Positions 47,601-59,600 of a stretch of 64,000 bases of DNA are shown one piece after another. The stretch spans positions 551,797,608-551,861,607 of the forward strand of contig NC_058131.1 of the NCBI RefSeq assembly GCF_016433145.1, read 5' to 3'. The DNA comes from Gracilinanus agilis (Eukaryota). The position numbers and the translations under genes are program-made. Every line of letters starts with the position of its first letter. Positions within the stretch are counted from its first letter, which is position 1. The notes under the pieces are model-generated. The model was not told the origin of the DNA and ran no database searches. It was given only the letters and a program-made list of their open reading frames with translations.

Positions 47601-50600
47601 GGCTCTGTCAGCATCTTCAGGGATGAGGTGCCCTAGAATCCGGGGTGTCTGGGACATGGGTTTATGGGAAGGCAGCAGGGAGAAGTGGGGTGCCGAAGGC
47701 ACAGGGGTGGGGGCCTTCACCGGAGGGAAGAGTTGATCTGCAGGGCCTTGGACAGCATCTTGGCCCCGATGTCCTCCATGCCATTGCCACTCAGATCCAC
47801 CTTGGCCAGACACGTGTTGCTGCCCAGGGCGTTGATGAGAATGCTGGTTCGAAGCTTCAGCCTGGAGTCGGCCACTGACAATGACTGCAGGGACTGTATT
47901 GGGGGTCAGTGGGGAGATTGGGTAGCAGATTCTCCCCCTCAGGGCCCCTGCCAGCCCACTGCCCCAATAACAGGGGGCCCCATCACTCACACAGTCCTCT
48001 TCCTGAATCAGCTGCACGAGCTTGTGGAGGATTTCTTCCAAGGTCCTGGAGAGCAATGAGGGCTCAGAGGGTAAGGGGGGACAGAGAAGGGAGACATCAT
48101 GCCCTCTGGGGTAGGGGGGTAGGGCTGGCAGCAAATCTATAAAAATGAGGCCATTACCCCTGGACTCATGTCAAAAGGGAGAAGGGAGGAATGAGTGAGA
48201 TCTGACATATAGAAAATACTCTATAAACAGGCGACACTATTCTTGTTTCATGGAGGCTAGAGAGGAGGAAATGGAGGTGAGAAAGGGGTTGGAGTGGAGA
48301 TAAAACTGGGTGAGGCTAAACAGAATGGGGCCGGTCTTGGGGGGAGGCACGGGCCCCGCGGGGTCCGGAGAAACTGGGGTTAGAAGTGGGCACACGGGCT
48401 GGTGAAGGGGGAAGGGAAGGGACGAATGACTCACTTAGCCTTGACATTGAAGTTCTTGCCCAAGAATAAGTGCTTAAGGGACTTGTTCTTGCCAAGTGCG
48501 GGCACTAATGTCAGGAGATCAGAGTCGAACCCTGGGCCAGAATCACAAGGAGACGATTGGGTGTCTGGCTCGTCTCTAGTCAGCTGAAGGGACCACGGCG
48601 GCCCTCACCCTCTTGGATTTCTCTGCCCCCATTGTGACAGCCCCTTCCACGGCCTCGGTGGGCCCACACTCCCTCTCACCATTGTCCGACAGGTCCAAGC
48701 TCCCCACGGCGCTGACCGCCCCGAGCTGCTCCTGGAGGACCTGGGCTCCTGCCGACCGGAGCTGCGGAGGAACAAGCATGGGGTGGGGGGAGGACAGAGG
48801 GAACGGGGACATTCGGGGTCCCCCTGCAGAATCGAGGTCCTTCCACTCAGCCTGGGCCAACCTTGGAGGAGGACACTCCGGCCTCACCAAGATGAAAGTC
48901 CCTGAGCACTGTGTGAGGCCTGGGCCTCCGTCACCTCCATCATAGGGAGTAGGGGACAGCTGCCCCAAGGCCCTTCCTGTCCCCCCAGGCTGGGAGCAAC
49001 ACTGGCCTGGGATCCCACAGCCGAGTACCCCAGCTATGGCTGCTTCTGCCCCCTGCTGGGAACCCTGATACTCTCTGAGCCACAAGGGAAGAGTTAGTGA
49101 ATGGTGTCGGAGAAATGACCCCACAGGAAAAGGGCACGGACACATGGAAGGCCCCAGTGGTGGTGCTGGGGGTGGTGGAGGATAGGGGGCTAGACAGGCA
49201 GTCCTGGGATGCTGAGGGGGGTAGAGCTCGCTCATCACAGACACTTAATAAAGGTTTGCTGACCGATTCACGGAGGGTGAGACAGAAGGAAGGAGACGGA
49301 AGTCTCCCGGACCACAGCAAGAGATAGAAGCTGGCTCGCCCAAACTTTTTTTTTTTAATTTAACAGATGAGGAAACTGAGGCACAGAGAAATCTGGTGAT
49401 TTGTCAGAGGTAAGTCACAACGTGAGTAAGCCCTGGAGCCAGTGGTCAAATCTGGGCATTCTGGCTCCTCACTGTGTATCCATCCCAGGACATGGCTGAG
49501 AAGTGGGGCAGAGAGAAGGGAGTGGGCAGTGGGGGCTTTGGGGTGCTCACCTCGCAGCTGCTCAGGTCCAGATGAAGATCACTGAGGTGGCTGTTGAGAG
49601 AGAGGCCCTGGAGGAGTGCCCTGTGTACGAGGGAACAATGGCTGTCAGGGGGGTGGGGGCGGGAGGCAGGGGGGCTCCGGATCCCCACGCCAAGAGCCCC
49701 AACCTGAGGGCCTCCAGAGGCAGACGTGTAGCCGACAGGTTGACGTGGCTCAGTGTGTAAGCGCTGCTGAAAAACTGCTTGAAGGCTGGCGGAGCCTCTC
49801 GGCCCTTCCTGCTGGGGGAGGGAAAGAACAAGCATTTACTAAGCACCTCATATATATATATATATATACACACCAGGCACTGTTCTAAGCTCTTTACAAG
49901 TTTTATATTCTTTGATCCTCACAATAACCCTGAGATAAGTATATTATTATCCCTATTATGCAGCTTAGGAAACTGAGGCAGTCAGCTGGGGATGGCAAGA
50001 AGACAGGAACAAAGAGGCATGGATAGTCCCAACCCCCACAGTCTCACTAGCTTACCCCCAAAAGAACCATTTCCCTCCATCAGACCCCCACGACTTCACC
50101 CTGCCCTATTCCAGAGGACACCTGTGGGAGCAGCTGTTGCGCGCCAGGTTGAGGTAGGTTAAGTGAGAACAGCAGCCATGGAGCAGGGCACCCAGCAGCT
50201 AGGAGAGGGGCACAGGACAGAATGGTTCCTGTGGTTGCTTTCCATTCCCTTGAACACCCCTCACCTCTTTCCCGCCCCCACCCCCCAATTACCGGGCTCC
50301 CTTGATATCTCAGTTGACCTTGGGAGACCTTGCACCCATTGAAATGAACCCAGCTTTCATCCTTTCATCTGTCATCTTTAATCCACCGATTCCACCCAGT
50401 CCCCAAACCCCACTGAATCCACCAGCCCACTCTCTGTAGGTCTCCTCTCAAACATTAAATGACAGATTTAGAAGTGGAAGGATCTACAAGGTCCCTTAGC
50501 CCAACTCCCCCATTTTACAGCTAAGGAAACTGAGGTCTAGAGAGGTTAGAATGAGTTGCCTAAAGTCAGAAGCAGAGCTGAGCCTGGAATGCTTACAAAA

Positions 50601-53600
50601 TAGTTTCTGCTATGCCTTATTCTTCTAATTGGACCCTTAAAATAAACTGCAGTCTTCTTCCCCCACAATTCACTCTATGCGTCCCCATGTCTCTCCCTAA
50701 CCCCCTCATTCCAGGAGTAGGGAACCCTGGGGTAGCATGTCTTAGCCTTGGCCCCCTCGTCTCCTCTCCCACAACCACGTCCTCTTCCCCACCCCATCTT
50801 TCGCTTGGCTCTACTCTTTCCCCAGTCCCTTCTGGGGCTGTCCCCCTCACCAAGTCAATGGCGCAGTCGGTCGCAGACAGATCTACGTGGACCAGGGCAT
50901 TGGGCTGAGCCAGGAAACTGTACAGGACCTGGGACACGAGCAAAGGAGCGAAGGCAGGGGTAAGGGGCGTTGGAGTGAGAAGAGAAGCTCCCCTTTTCCC
51001 AGGGACCACAGCACAAAGGAGGGTCAGTCTTTGCACTCTGGCCAGTCTGGCGAGTGACGGATCTCTGGCGGGCAGGGGAGACGCTTTAGGCTCTTCCTTG
51101 AAGGCTCTGGGCATAGAGATTTATTTTCTTTGTGTGTGTATGTGGAGGGATTGGGGAGTGAAGCGTCCTCTACTCCACCGTCTTAGCTCCCAGCATACCT
51201 CGAGCTCTGGTCTGGAGATGGTAGAAAGAGCTCTAGCCTTCCAGTCAGAAGACCTGTATTCAAGTTCTAGAGATGACATTTCATAGCTGTGTGACTTGGA
51301 GCAAGCCAATTAATCTCACTGGACTTCTGTGTCCTCATTTGTAAAATGGGGAAACTATGACTGGTACTACCCACCTTACAGAATTGTTTTGAGGAAGGCA
51401 CTTTTGTAAATCTATAAATGTCAATGTGAGTGATTATTATTAAAACAGGAAAGGATTTGGGGAGGGGTGGCTAGACCTTAACTCACATTGGCTTCATCAG
51501 TAGCGAGCAGCCCTGGGTTCTTGCTCAGGTCCAGGTGGCGTAGGGAACTGGCAAAGGCTGGGTTGGCACCGAAGGTCTGGCCCAGTGCTAGGAGCCCTGG
51601 GCACATTGGGCAGTAGGCAACAGGCACATTTTCCCTCTTTCCTTCCCAGTCCTCTTTCCCCTTCTCTATCCTCCCCAAATGAGTGTTAGCTTCACGCCAC
51701 CTCCCTAACTATAAAGGTGGCCATGTTTCCTTTTCTTCTTCTTCAGAGAGACCAGAGATTTAGTACTCCAAGAAGCAGGGGTTGGGAGAGGGTGTGTTGA
51801 GATAGTCTCATAAAGGTCTTGGGGGTCTTGGGGGCTCAGTAACTTGAGGAACCCACTCCCCCCCAGCCCTGTAATGATCTCAGAGTCAGTACCTCGAGGG
51901 GAGATGGCAGTCTTAGACAGGCACAATTTGGTGAGGCCTGTGGGGAAGCAAAGGAGCTGCTGGCTTAGACTGAGAAGACCTAAGAGAGGAGACAGAGGAT
52001 CCCTCTGAGGAATGGATGCAGGAGGATGGAGGGTGGATCTGGGTTTGGATTTAGGGCTAGGATCAAGGATATAGCAGTTACAGCAGTTGGATGGGGGCTC
52101 AAACTGAGTTAGAATGAGGATCTGGGCTGGGACTAGGGTCTGATTGGGGGATTTCAAAGGATTTCAGCTGAGCCACTCTCACCTTTGTCCTCGATGGGAT
52201 TGTGGGATAGAGTCAGGGCATGTAGCACACAGTTCCCATTCTCCCCAAAGACCCCAGCCAGTTTCTGGGCAAAGTCCCTTCGGGGAAAAAAGAAGAAAGG
52301 TTTTGTCTTGTGCTGGGATTACTCAGAGCTCACTCTGACCCCTTCCCTAATGGCCTCTCCTGTAACCTCCCTGATCCTGGTTCCCAACCTTCCTGGTGAC
52401 CCTGCTGCTTCTGGGACAAGCTGGATCACTGATCCTGCCTCCAGGGGGTGAGGGGTTCCCACCAGGGACCCTGGAAAATCTGAGTATCCTGGAAGAAACA
52501 GGGCCCCACGGGAGACTTAGCCTGGGCAGAGTCCCTTGCAGGACTGCAGTTCAGACTGCACATACCAATATAAAACCCAACTAGGAATTTTTACGTCTGG
52601 GAGAGTGCAATCAGGGGCAGCCAGGTAGTGCAGCAGATAGAGTCCTAAGCCTGAGTCAAATCTGGTCTTGGACACTTACTAGCTGTGTGACCCGGGGCAA
52701 ACCACTTAACCCTGTTTGCCTCAGTTTCCTCATCTGTAAAATGAGCTGGAGAAGGAAATGGCAAACCACTACAGTATCTTTGTCAAGAAAACCCCAAACG
52801 GGGTCACCAAGAGTTAGACATGGCTGAAAAAATGACTAAACAACCAGTGCAATCAGGCACAATAAAGGTTAGGCACAAAGGAGGGGGGCAGGGACACAGC
52901 CACTCACTTTGGCATTAATTATATGCAAATCATATGCAAGTGAGCAGTCTGCTGCCAGAGCGTAGCAGGAATAGCACTGGACTGGGAGATCTGAGTTCCA
53001 CTAGCTAGGTGGGTGACCAGCCGACAGTCACTTAGCTTCCTCAGGCCTTAGTTTCTTCATTTGTAAAATGGGAGGGGGCTGCACCACTGGAGGACAAACT
53101 CCTCCAGCTCCCACATTCCATAGTTCTAGAATTAGAACTCTGGGAGTGCTCCTGCATGGAGGAAGCTGTTCCCAGCCTTTGGAGACTCACGTCTTGAGGC
53201 CAGCATTGTCTAGCACCAGCTCTTCTAGGCTCCCCGACTTGCTCAGGGTGTGTAGCACCTGTTCCAGAACCTCCGAGCCCTGAAAGGGGAGGAGGGGGGT
53301 GGTAAGGCCTGGGAGCCACGGTTTCCCCTTTCCCCTCCCACCTATTGGCCCATCCTGGTGCCTACCAAGCGCAGATCCTTGCAGTGGAGTTTGGTAAACC
53401 ACTGGTTGTAAGCGAGGGCTGCCACCATCAGTGCCAGGTCCCTAGTGGGGGAGATGGATAGACTGGCTGGAGAAGGTGGCAGGAGAAGTTGGCTGGGGAA
53501 TTAGAGAATTGCAGGAAGCCTGGATGGGATGGAAGGGGGTAACTGGAAATGCTGGAGTCAAGGTAGAGGCAGGTTTTGAATTTCTAGGAAGAAGACACAG

Positions 53601-56600
53601 GCGGGGAGAAGTAGCAAAGCATAAGGAGGAAAAGGGGAATGGATGTAGAGATGGGGGCTGGCCATTCTCGCCCCCTGCTGCCCCACCTGCTTACCGGCTC
53701 TCCAAGTGGCTGAAGTCCAAAAGATTGAACTCACGGTTGTCCTCTGCATGGTAGATTGTGTCCACGTCCTGAAAGAGATGGACCCTGACTCTCTCTTGGC
53801 TCCTGTCGCAGCGGCGTCCCCGGTTTCTTTCCCTTTCCCTCCTTCTTCCTTCCTCGATCCCATAAATACACCAAAACCTCCTTTTTACATCTGGAACCCC
53901 GTGGAGCCCAACTTACCCACTGCACCTCCTCTCGGCAGTGCAGCCCGTTGTAGTCGCACAGAGCTGCGTAGGTCTCGGAGAAGCCACCTTTGGGGGGGTG
54001 GGGTTTGTTGGTTCCAGAGGGGTCAAGGTTGAGGACAGAAGCAGTGTGATGTCATGGAAAAAATGATGAATTTGGAATACAAATTGGAAAGGGTTTGAAT
54101 ACAGGTTTGAAAACAGACAACTGGTCTCAAAGCTAGAAAGACTTATTCCAGTCCTGACTTTGAAACATTCTGGCTGGGGGAGCTCTAGGCAAATCTGACA
54201 GTCTCTGAATTGCAGGAAAAATGCCAAGAGAGGATGCACGTAGGAAGCTCAGTGGATAGAGTGCTGGGCCCCGAGAAAGGAAGATCTGAGTTCAAATCTG
54301 GCCTCGGACACTTACTAGCTATGTGACCCTAGGTAAATCACTATTTATCTTAATCCTTTGGAGAAGAAAAATGGTAGAAAGCTCTGGTATCTTTGCCAAG
54401 AAAACCCTATGGACAATTGGGGTCCATGGGGTCATGAAGATTCAGATGTGACTGAACAACAGCAAATACTGACAGAGCAAGGCAACTCTGACAGATTTTA
54501 TATTAAGAAAAATGCAGACCTCTATGGATGGAGAAAGCTCCTCACCTGGAGCTCACCCAAAGCCCAGGAATTCTCTTCTCTCCCTTGCTGCTGCCATCCT
54601 CTAGTGCAGGGATAGAGCAAGTACCCAGCCTATGCCTCTTTGCTATCTAGGCATTCCTTTTCTTTTCACTTGAAGAGGACCAATGATAACACGGAATGAT
54701 GTTTTGACTCGTGTGTAAATTAGGTTTACGTGAGGCCAAAATGGCACAAAGTTGTTAAGCCTCATTCTCTCTTCCAGAGTCATCAAAGTCCAGTGTCAAG
54801 ACAAAAGTCTGGGCAGGTCAATGGCTCAGGATGCAGGAGATGCTCTTGGCATTTTCGATGTTTGACCAAGCTCTAAGCCCTTCACAACCACGTACTTCAA
54901 TAGCCTTCATGGTCATTGGAATAAACTGTTCTCAACTGCCTCTTCTGCCCTGATGGAAGTCTTCATATGTTCAGGATCCCCCTAATTTACTGAGGGGTTT
55001 GAGGCTTGTTGTTACCCTCAATATGGTTCTACCCATCTGCTGAGACAGGTTTACTGAGGTGAAGCTGCTATGCATTCTAGTGCTTCTTAGAGCCATCAGT
55101 GGGCACTGAAAGTGGAGGAGCAGCCCTGAAAAGGGGTACTAGTCCTCTCTGAATATCCCACACACCCCACTACGCAGGCAATCTATTCTACACGCCTGAG
55201 TTTCAATCCTCTCTAAGATGAAGTGTTGATGAGATAACTTCTAAGGCCCCTTTCAGCTCTAAAATCCTATGAAAGGTCAGGACTTTTATGTCTATGCCTC
55301 ACCTTCCAGCTGGTGACCTTGGGGAAATTATTTAATCTTTGCCATTAATATAATACTTATATTAAATTTTAAAATGTGTACCTCCCTGCATACCTCATAG
55401 GACTGTGAAAGTGATAACGGTTGCTACCATTGGCTTGCCAAGCACTTTCTCTACATTATATTATTTTGTCCTCATCCCTTGTTTGCTTTTGTATAGGGCT
55501 ATGATTTTACTGGTGTAGTTAGATCCCAGTAGCGATAATCCTGTGGCAACTATTTGAGGCCATTTACTACAAGTATCTCCACTTCCTTTCCTCTCTCTTC
55601 TTAATTCTCTGCAAATCTGGCTTCTGGCCTCATCATTCAACCAAAGCAGCTCTCCCAGAATTTACCAGTGATCTCCTAAGGGCCAAATCCAGTGAATGGC
55701 CTTTTCTCAGTCCTCATTCTTCTTGACTTCTCTGTTGTCTTTGACACGTGTGATCACCCTCCTCTCCTTAATAATCTTTTCTCTCTAGGTTTTTGGGACA
55801 CCACTCTCTACCTGATTCTCCTGCTACTTTTCTGACCACTCCTCAAGCTCTCCTTTGTGGAATTCTCTATCCAAGTCATGTCCGCTAATTGGGTGTTCTA
55901 CAGCATTTTGTATTGAACCATCTCTCCTTCCATACTATTTAATTTGGTGGTCACATCAGCTCCCATGGACTTACTATTATCTCTTTATGCTGATGATTCT
56001 CAGATCTACCTATCCAGCCCCAATATCTCTGCTGACCTCCAATCTTACATCTCCAACTGCTTATTGATTCAGACTGCATGTAGATTAAATTGAAGATGTC
56101 CAAAGCTGAACTCTTCAGTCCTTACCCTTAAGGCCCTTCCCTGTCCCAAACTCCTTTATTACAGTGGAAGATGCCACCGTCCCCTCCATCCTCAAGGCTC
56201 ACAACTTAGGTATCATTCTGGACTCCTGACTCACTCTCTCACTCCTCATATTTTAGCTGTTCTCAAGGCCTATCAATTTCATTTTTGCAATCTCTTTAAT
56301 ATATCCCCTTTCTTCTAAAACTGCCATCACCCTAGTGCAGGCTCTATCTTTTGCTTTTCTTTGTATCCCCCTGAATTAGTACAGTGCTTGGCACAATAAA
56401 AATAATATCATTATTTTTAAAATCCTTACCTTCTGTCTTAGTTCTAAGACAGAAGAGCGGCAGGGACTAGGCAATCAGGGTTAAATGACTTGCTCTGGTC
56501 CACATAGCTAGTAAGTGTCTGAGGCCATATAAGAACTTGGGCTTTCTTGATTCCAACCTGGTGCTCTATCCACTGTGCCACCCAGCTGCCCCTTAATAAA

Positions 56601-59600
56601 TGATTATTAACTGAATGCCTTATAGTCTTAAAGTCATCTGGGGCACTGAGAGATTAACTGACTTATTCTCAATCACATGTCTCAGAATCAAACCTTGATC
56701 TTAGGTCTTCTTGAATCTAAGGATGGCTCTATCTATTCTGATATGCTGCCTTTCACAAAGTAGGTTCTATTGTTATTATGATTCTAATTTTTTAGATAAA
56801 GAAATTGAGGCTTGTATGAAGGTAAATTATTTGCCTAGCAACTCACAGGAAATACACATCAGTCAGGAAGCTAGCTTAAGTCTCTCCTCATTCTTTTCCA
56901 TTACATCAATAGAATGTAAACTCCCTGAAGGCCGATACTCTTTGATTTTTGTCTTTTTATTCCTAGCATTAAACATAGTGTGGTGGAGTTGATAGAGTGA
57001 TGGCCTGGGAGTCAGGAAGACATCTCTTCCTGAGGTCATATCTAGCCTCAGACTCTAGCTGTGTGACCCTGGGAAAATTACTTAATCCTGTTGGCCTCAG
57101 TTTCCTCCTCTGTCAAATGAACTGGAGAAAGAAATGGAAAACGACTCCACTTTCTTTGCCAAGAAAACTTCAAATTGGGTAAAGAAGAATCAAACACGAC
57201 TGAAAAAAAGACTGAACAATAGCGTAGCATCATGTAGGCCCTTAACAAATATTTGTTGAGTCATAGAAGAAGCTGCTTGTTATAAGAAAATTATTCTGTA
57301 ACGTGCTCCATAATAATGAGCTACAATTATAAACTGCCGACCCCTCAAGGGCAGTGAGTGATGGAGCCTCCTCATCTTTGGGCCCTGCATGTAGGGCATT
57401 TCAGCAGTTGTACTGCTGCCAGGGATGGGCTGGGATGGCTAAGATCAGGGACAAAGCTGGATTTAGGGTCAGTGTCTCTTTGGATGGGGGAAGGGAAAGG
57501 GCATCTCATGCTCACCACAGACACTGTGGGTGGTGGACGTGGAGGTCTCAGAGTTGGGGGATGTGTCCCGGGGCCCCTCAGGGGTCTCAGGGTTTCCACG
57601 CCGGATCAGGCACCTGGGAAAATGATGTGCACAGCCCAGAAGGGGGTTGAGAGAGTTTCCTTTAATTCCTTCCAAACCCCAGCTTTAGAATCCCAAATAG
57701 ACATCAGGTAGGAAAGATGTCTCCCATTCCCACTTTTCCCTGTGATCCAAATCCCTCCGCTTTGTCCTGAGAGCATGGGAGCCTTCTTGGAGTTGTGACT
57801 CACCCAGGGCCTGGGCAGACCTTGGCTAGCGCTGTGCTCACATGCCGGGTCACCTGCTCCACGCTCTCTGCTGATGGTAATCTCATGCTCACCGTACCAC
57901 GCTCTGTCTCCACCAGGATCTGGGGAGAGAGACACGGTGGCAGGTGCTCAAACTCAGCTCCCACCTCAGGGCACCCTGCTTTGCACTTCAGGATCTCCGG
58001 GATCAAATAGAAACTCCTCTGTTGGATTTTAAAGCCCTTCACAACCTGGCCAGTTCTTCTTTTTACACCTTACTTCCCTCTACATACTATACAAATGCGA
58101 TGCTCCATCTCCTGGCTCCTTTTCACTGACTGTCCCCCATGGGTATAATGCTCTCCCTTCTCCCAAGTGTCTTTCAAGGCTCAGGTCAAATTCTACTTTC
58201 TGTAAGATGATTCTCTCAGGCTCTCCCACTGACAGCACCTTCCCTCTGGGATGACACACTATGCTGTGCAAATACATTTTATGTGGCAAATACAAGGTGG
58301 CTGGCATGTTGTCTTCCCCCATTAGATTGGGGGTCTTCAAGGCTGGGCACTGTGTTTTTGCTTTTCTTTGTATTCTTAGAGTTTAGCACAGTGCCTTGTA
58401 CATTGTAAGTGCTTAGAAAATGTCTACTGCCTATTTGAATACTAAAGGTAACAAAAAAACCCCTTATGCTTCCACAGTCCCAGTGAATTTAATTCCCTGC
58501 TCTTACCTGGTTCTGGTTGAGGGTGCTAAAGGTTCGGATCTCTAGGACATTGAAAGAGCTCTCCACCTGGGATGGGGGGAAGGATGGATGCAGCTCAGTT
58601 CAGGTCAAAGATATGGGCTGGTATAGAAGGAGAGCTTTGGGATATGGCCCTATTCTGCTCAGCTCTTCCAACTCACCTTAGCTGGGACTTTTAGAGGGAA
58701 GAGATGAAGTCTCCAGGCAGTCAGAGCCTAGAAAGGAGAGAAGAGAGGGTTAGTTTGTTGAAGGAAGCTACCCCTACAATCCTCCCTGAGTTTCTGGTCT
58801 CCCTCAATTCTCATGAGCTCCAGCTCCCCATTTCCTTTATTATCATTGTCATTATTTGAACTAGTCTTTTTCCTTTCATCTTCTAAACTAATCTTTTTCT
58901 TCTGATCTTTGTCTATGGAGTTCAGGTAGAAACACTCCTGGGCAAGTTGATATGATATTGCTTTTATTTTATATTTAGTATTCTGTGGGCTACTGCACAA
59001 ATGGATACAAGAGCTGCTTTTTGTAACTGAGTAAAAGTCTGGGATATAGGTTTATTGTCTACTGTAGACTTACAGAAATTCTAGGACAATTCTGGTAGCA
59101 GAGAGGAAGGTGGAGATTCTTGTTATTATTAAATGTAAGTTTAGTCTTTTTGCCCTCAGTCCTGTCCCTGATCCTTCCTCACCCACCCTGGACCCTGTGC
59201 AGCCAGCCTTGCCCTCTCACCAGCACTCGGTCTTCATACTTCTTGGGCTTGGTCTCCAGTTTCACCCGATGCTGTTGGTGCACAGCTCCTCGACTCAGGC
59301 ACCTCCGGATGCTTTCTGTAGGAAAGAGATGGGGTGTGAGTGCTGCTTGGAGTGGCACATGTCCCCCTCCGTTGGGCTCTCAGAAAAAATGAAGCAAAGA
59401 CAAAGGCAGCAGGTGAGAGGGAAAGACAGAAAGAAGAACTGAGACAGGAAACTCCAGAGACAGAGGAGGGCAAAGAACTGGCTCCTTCCCTGAGTAACTC
59501 TTTTCTTTGGTGTCATCAGGAAAGGCCTGAATCTCCCAGCAAACTTAGGCAACTGGAGATCCTTGAGGGGTTCATATATGTGTGCTTGTGTGTATGTGTG

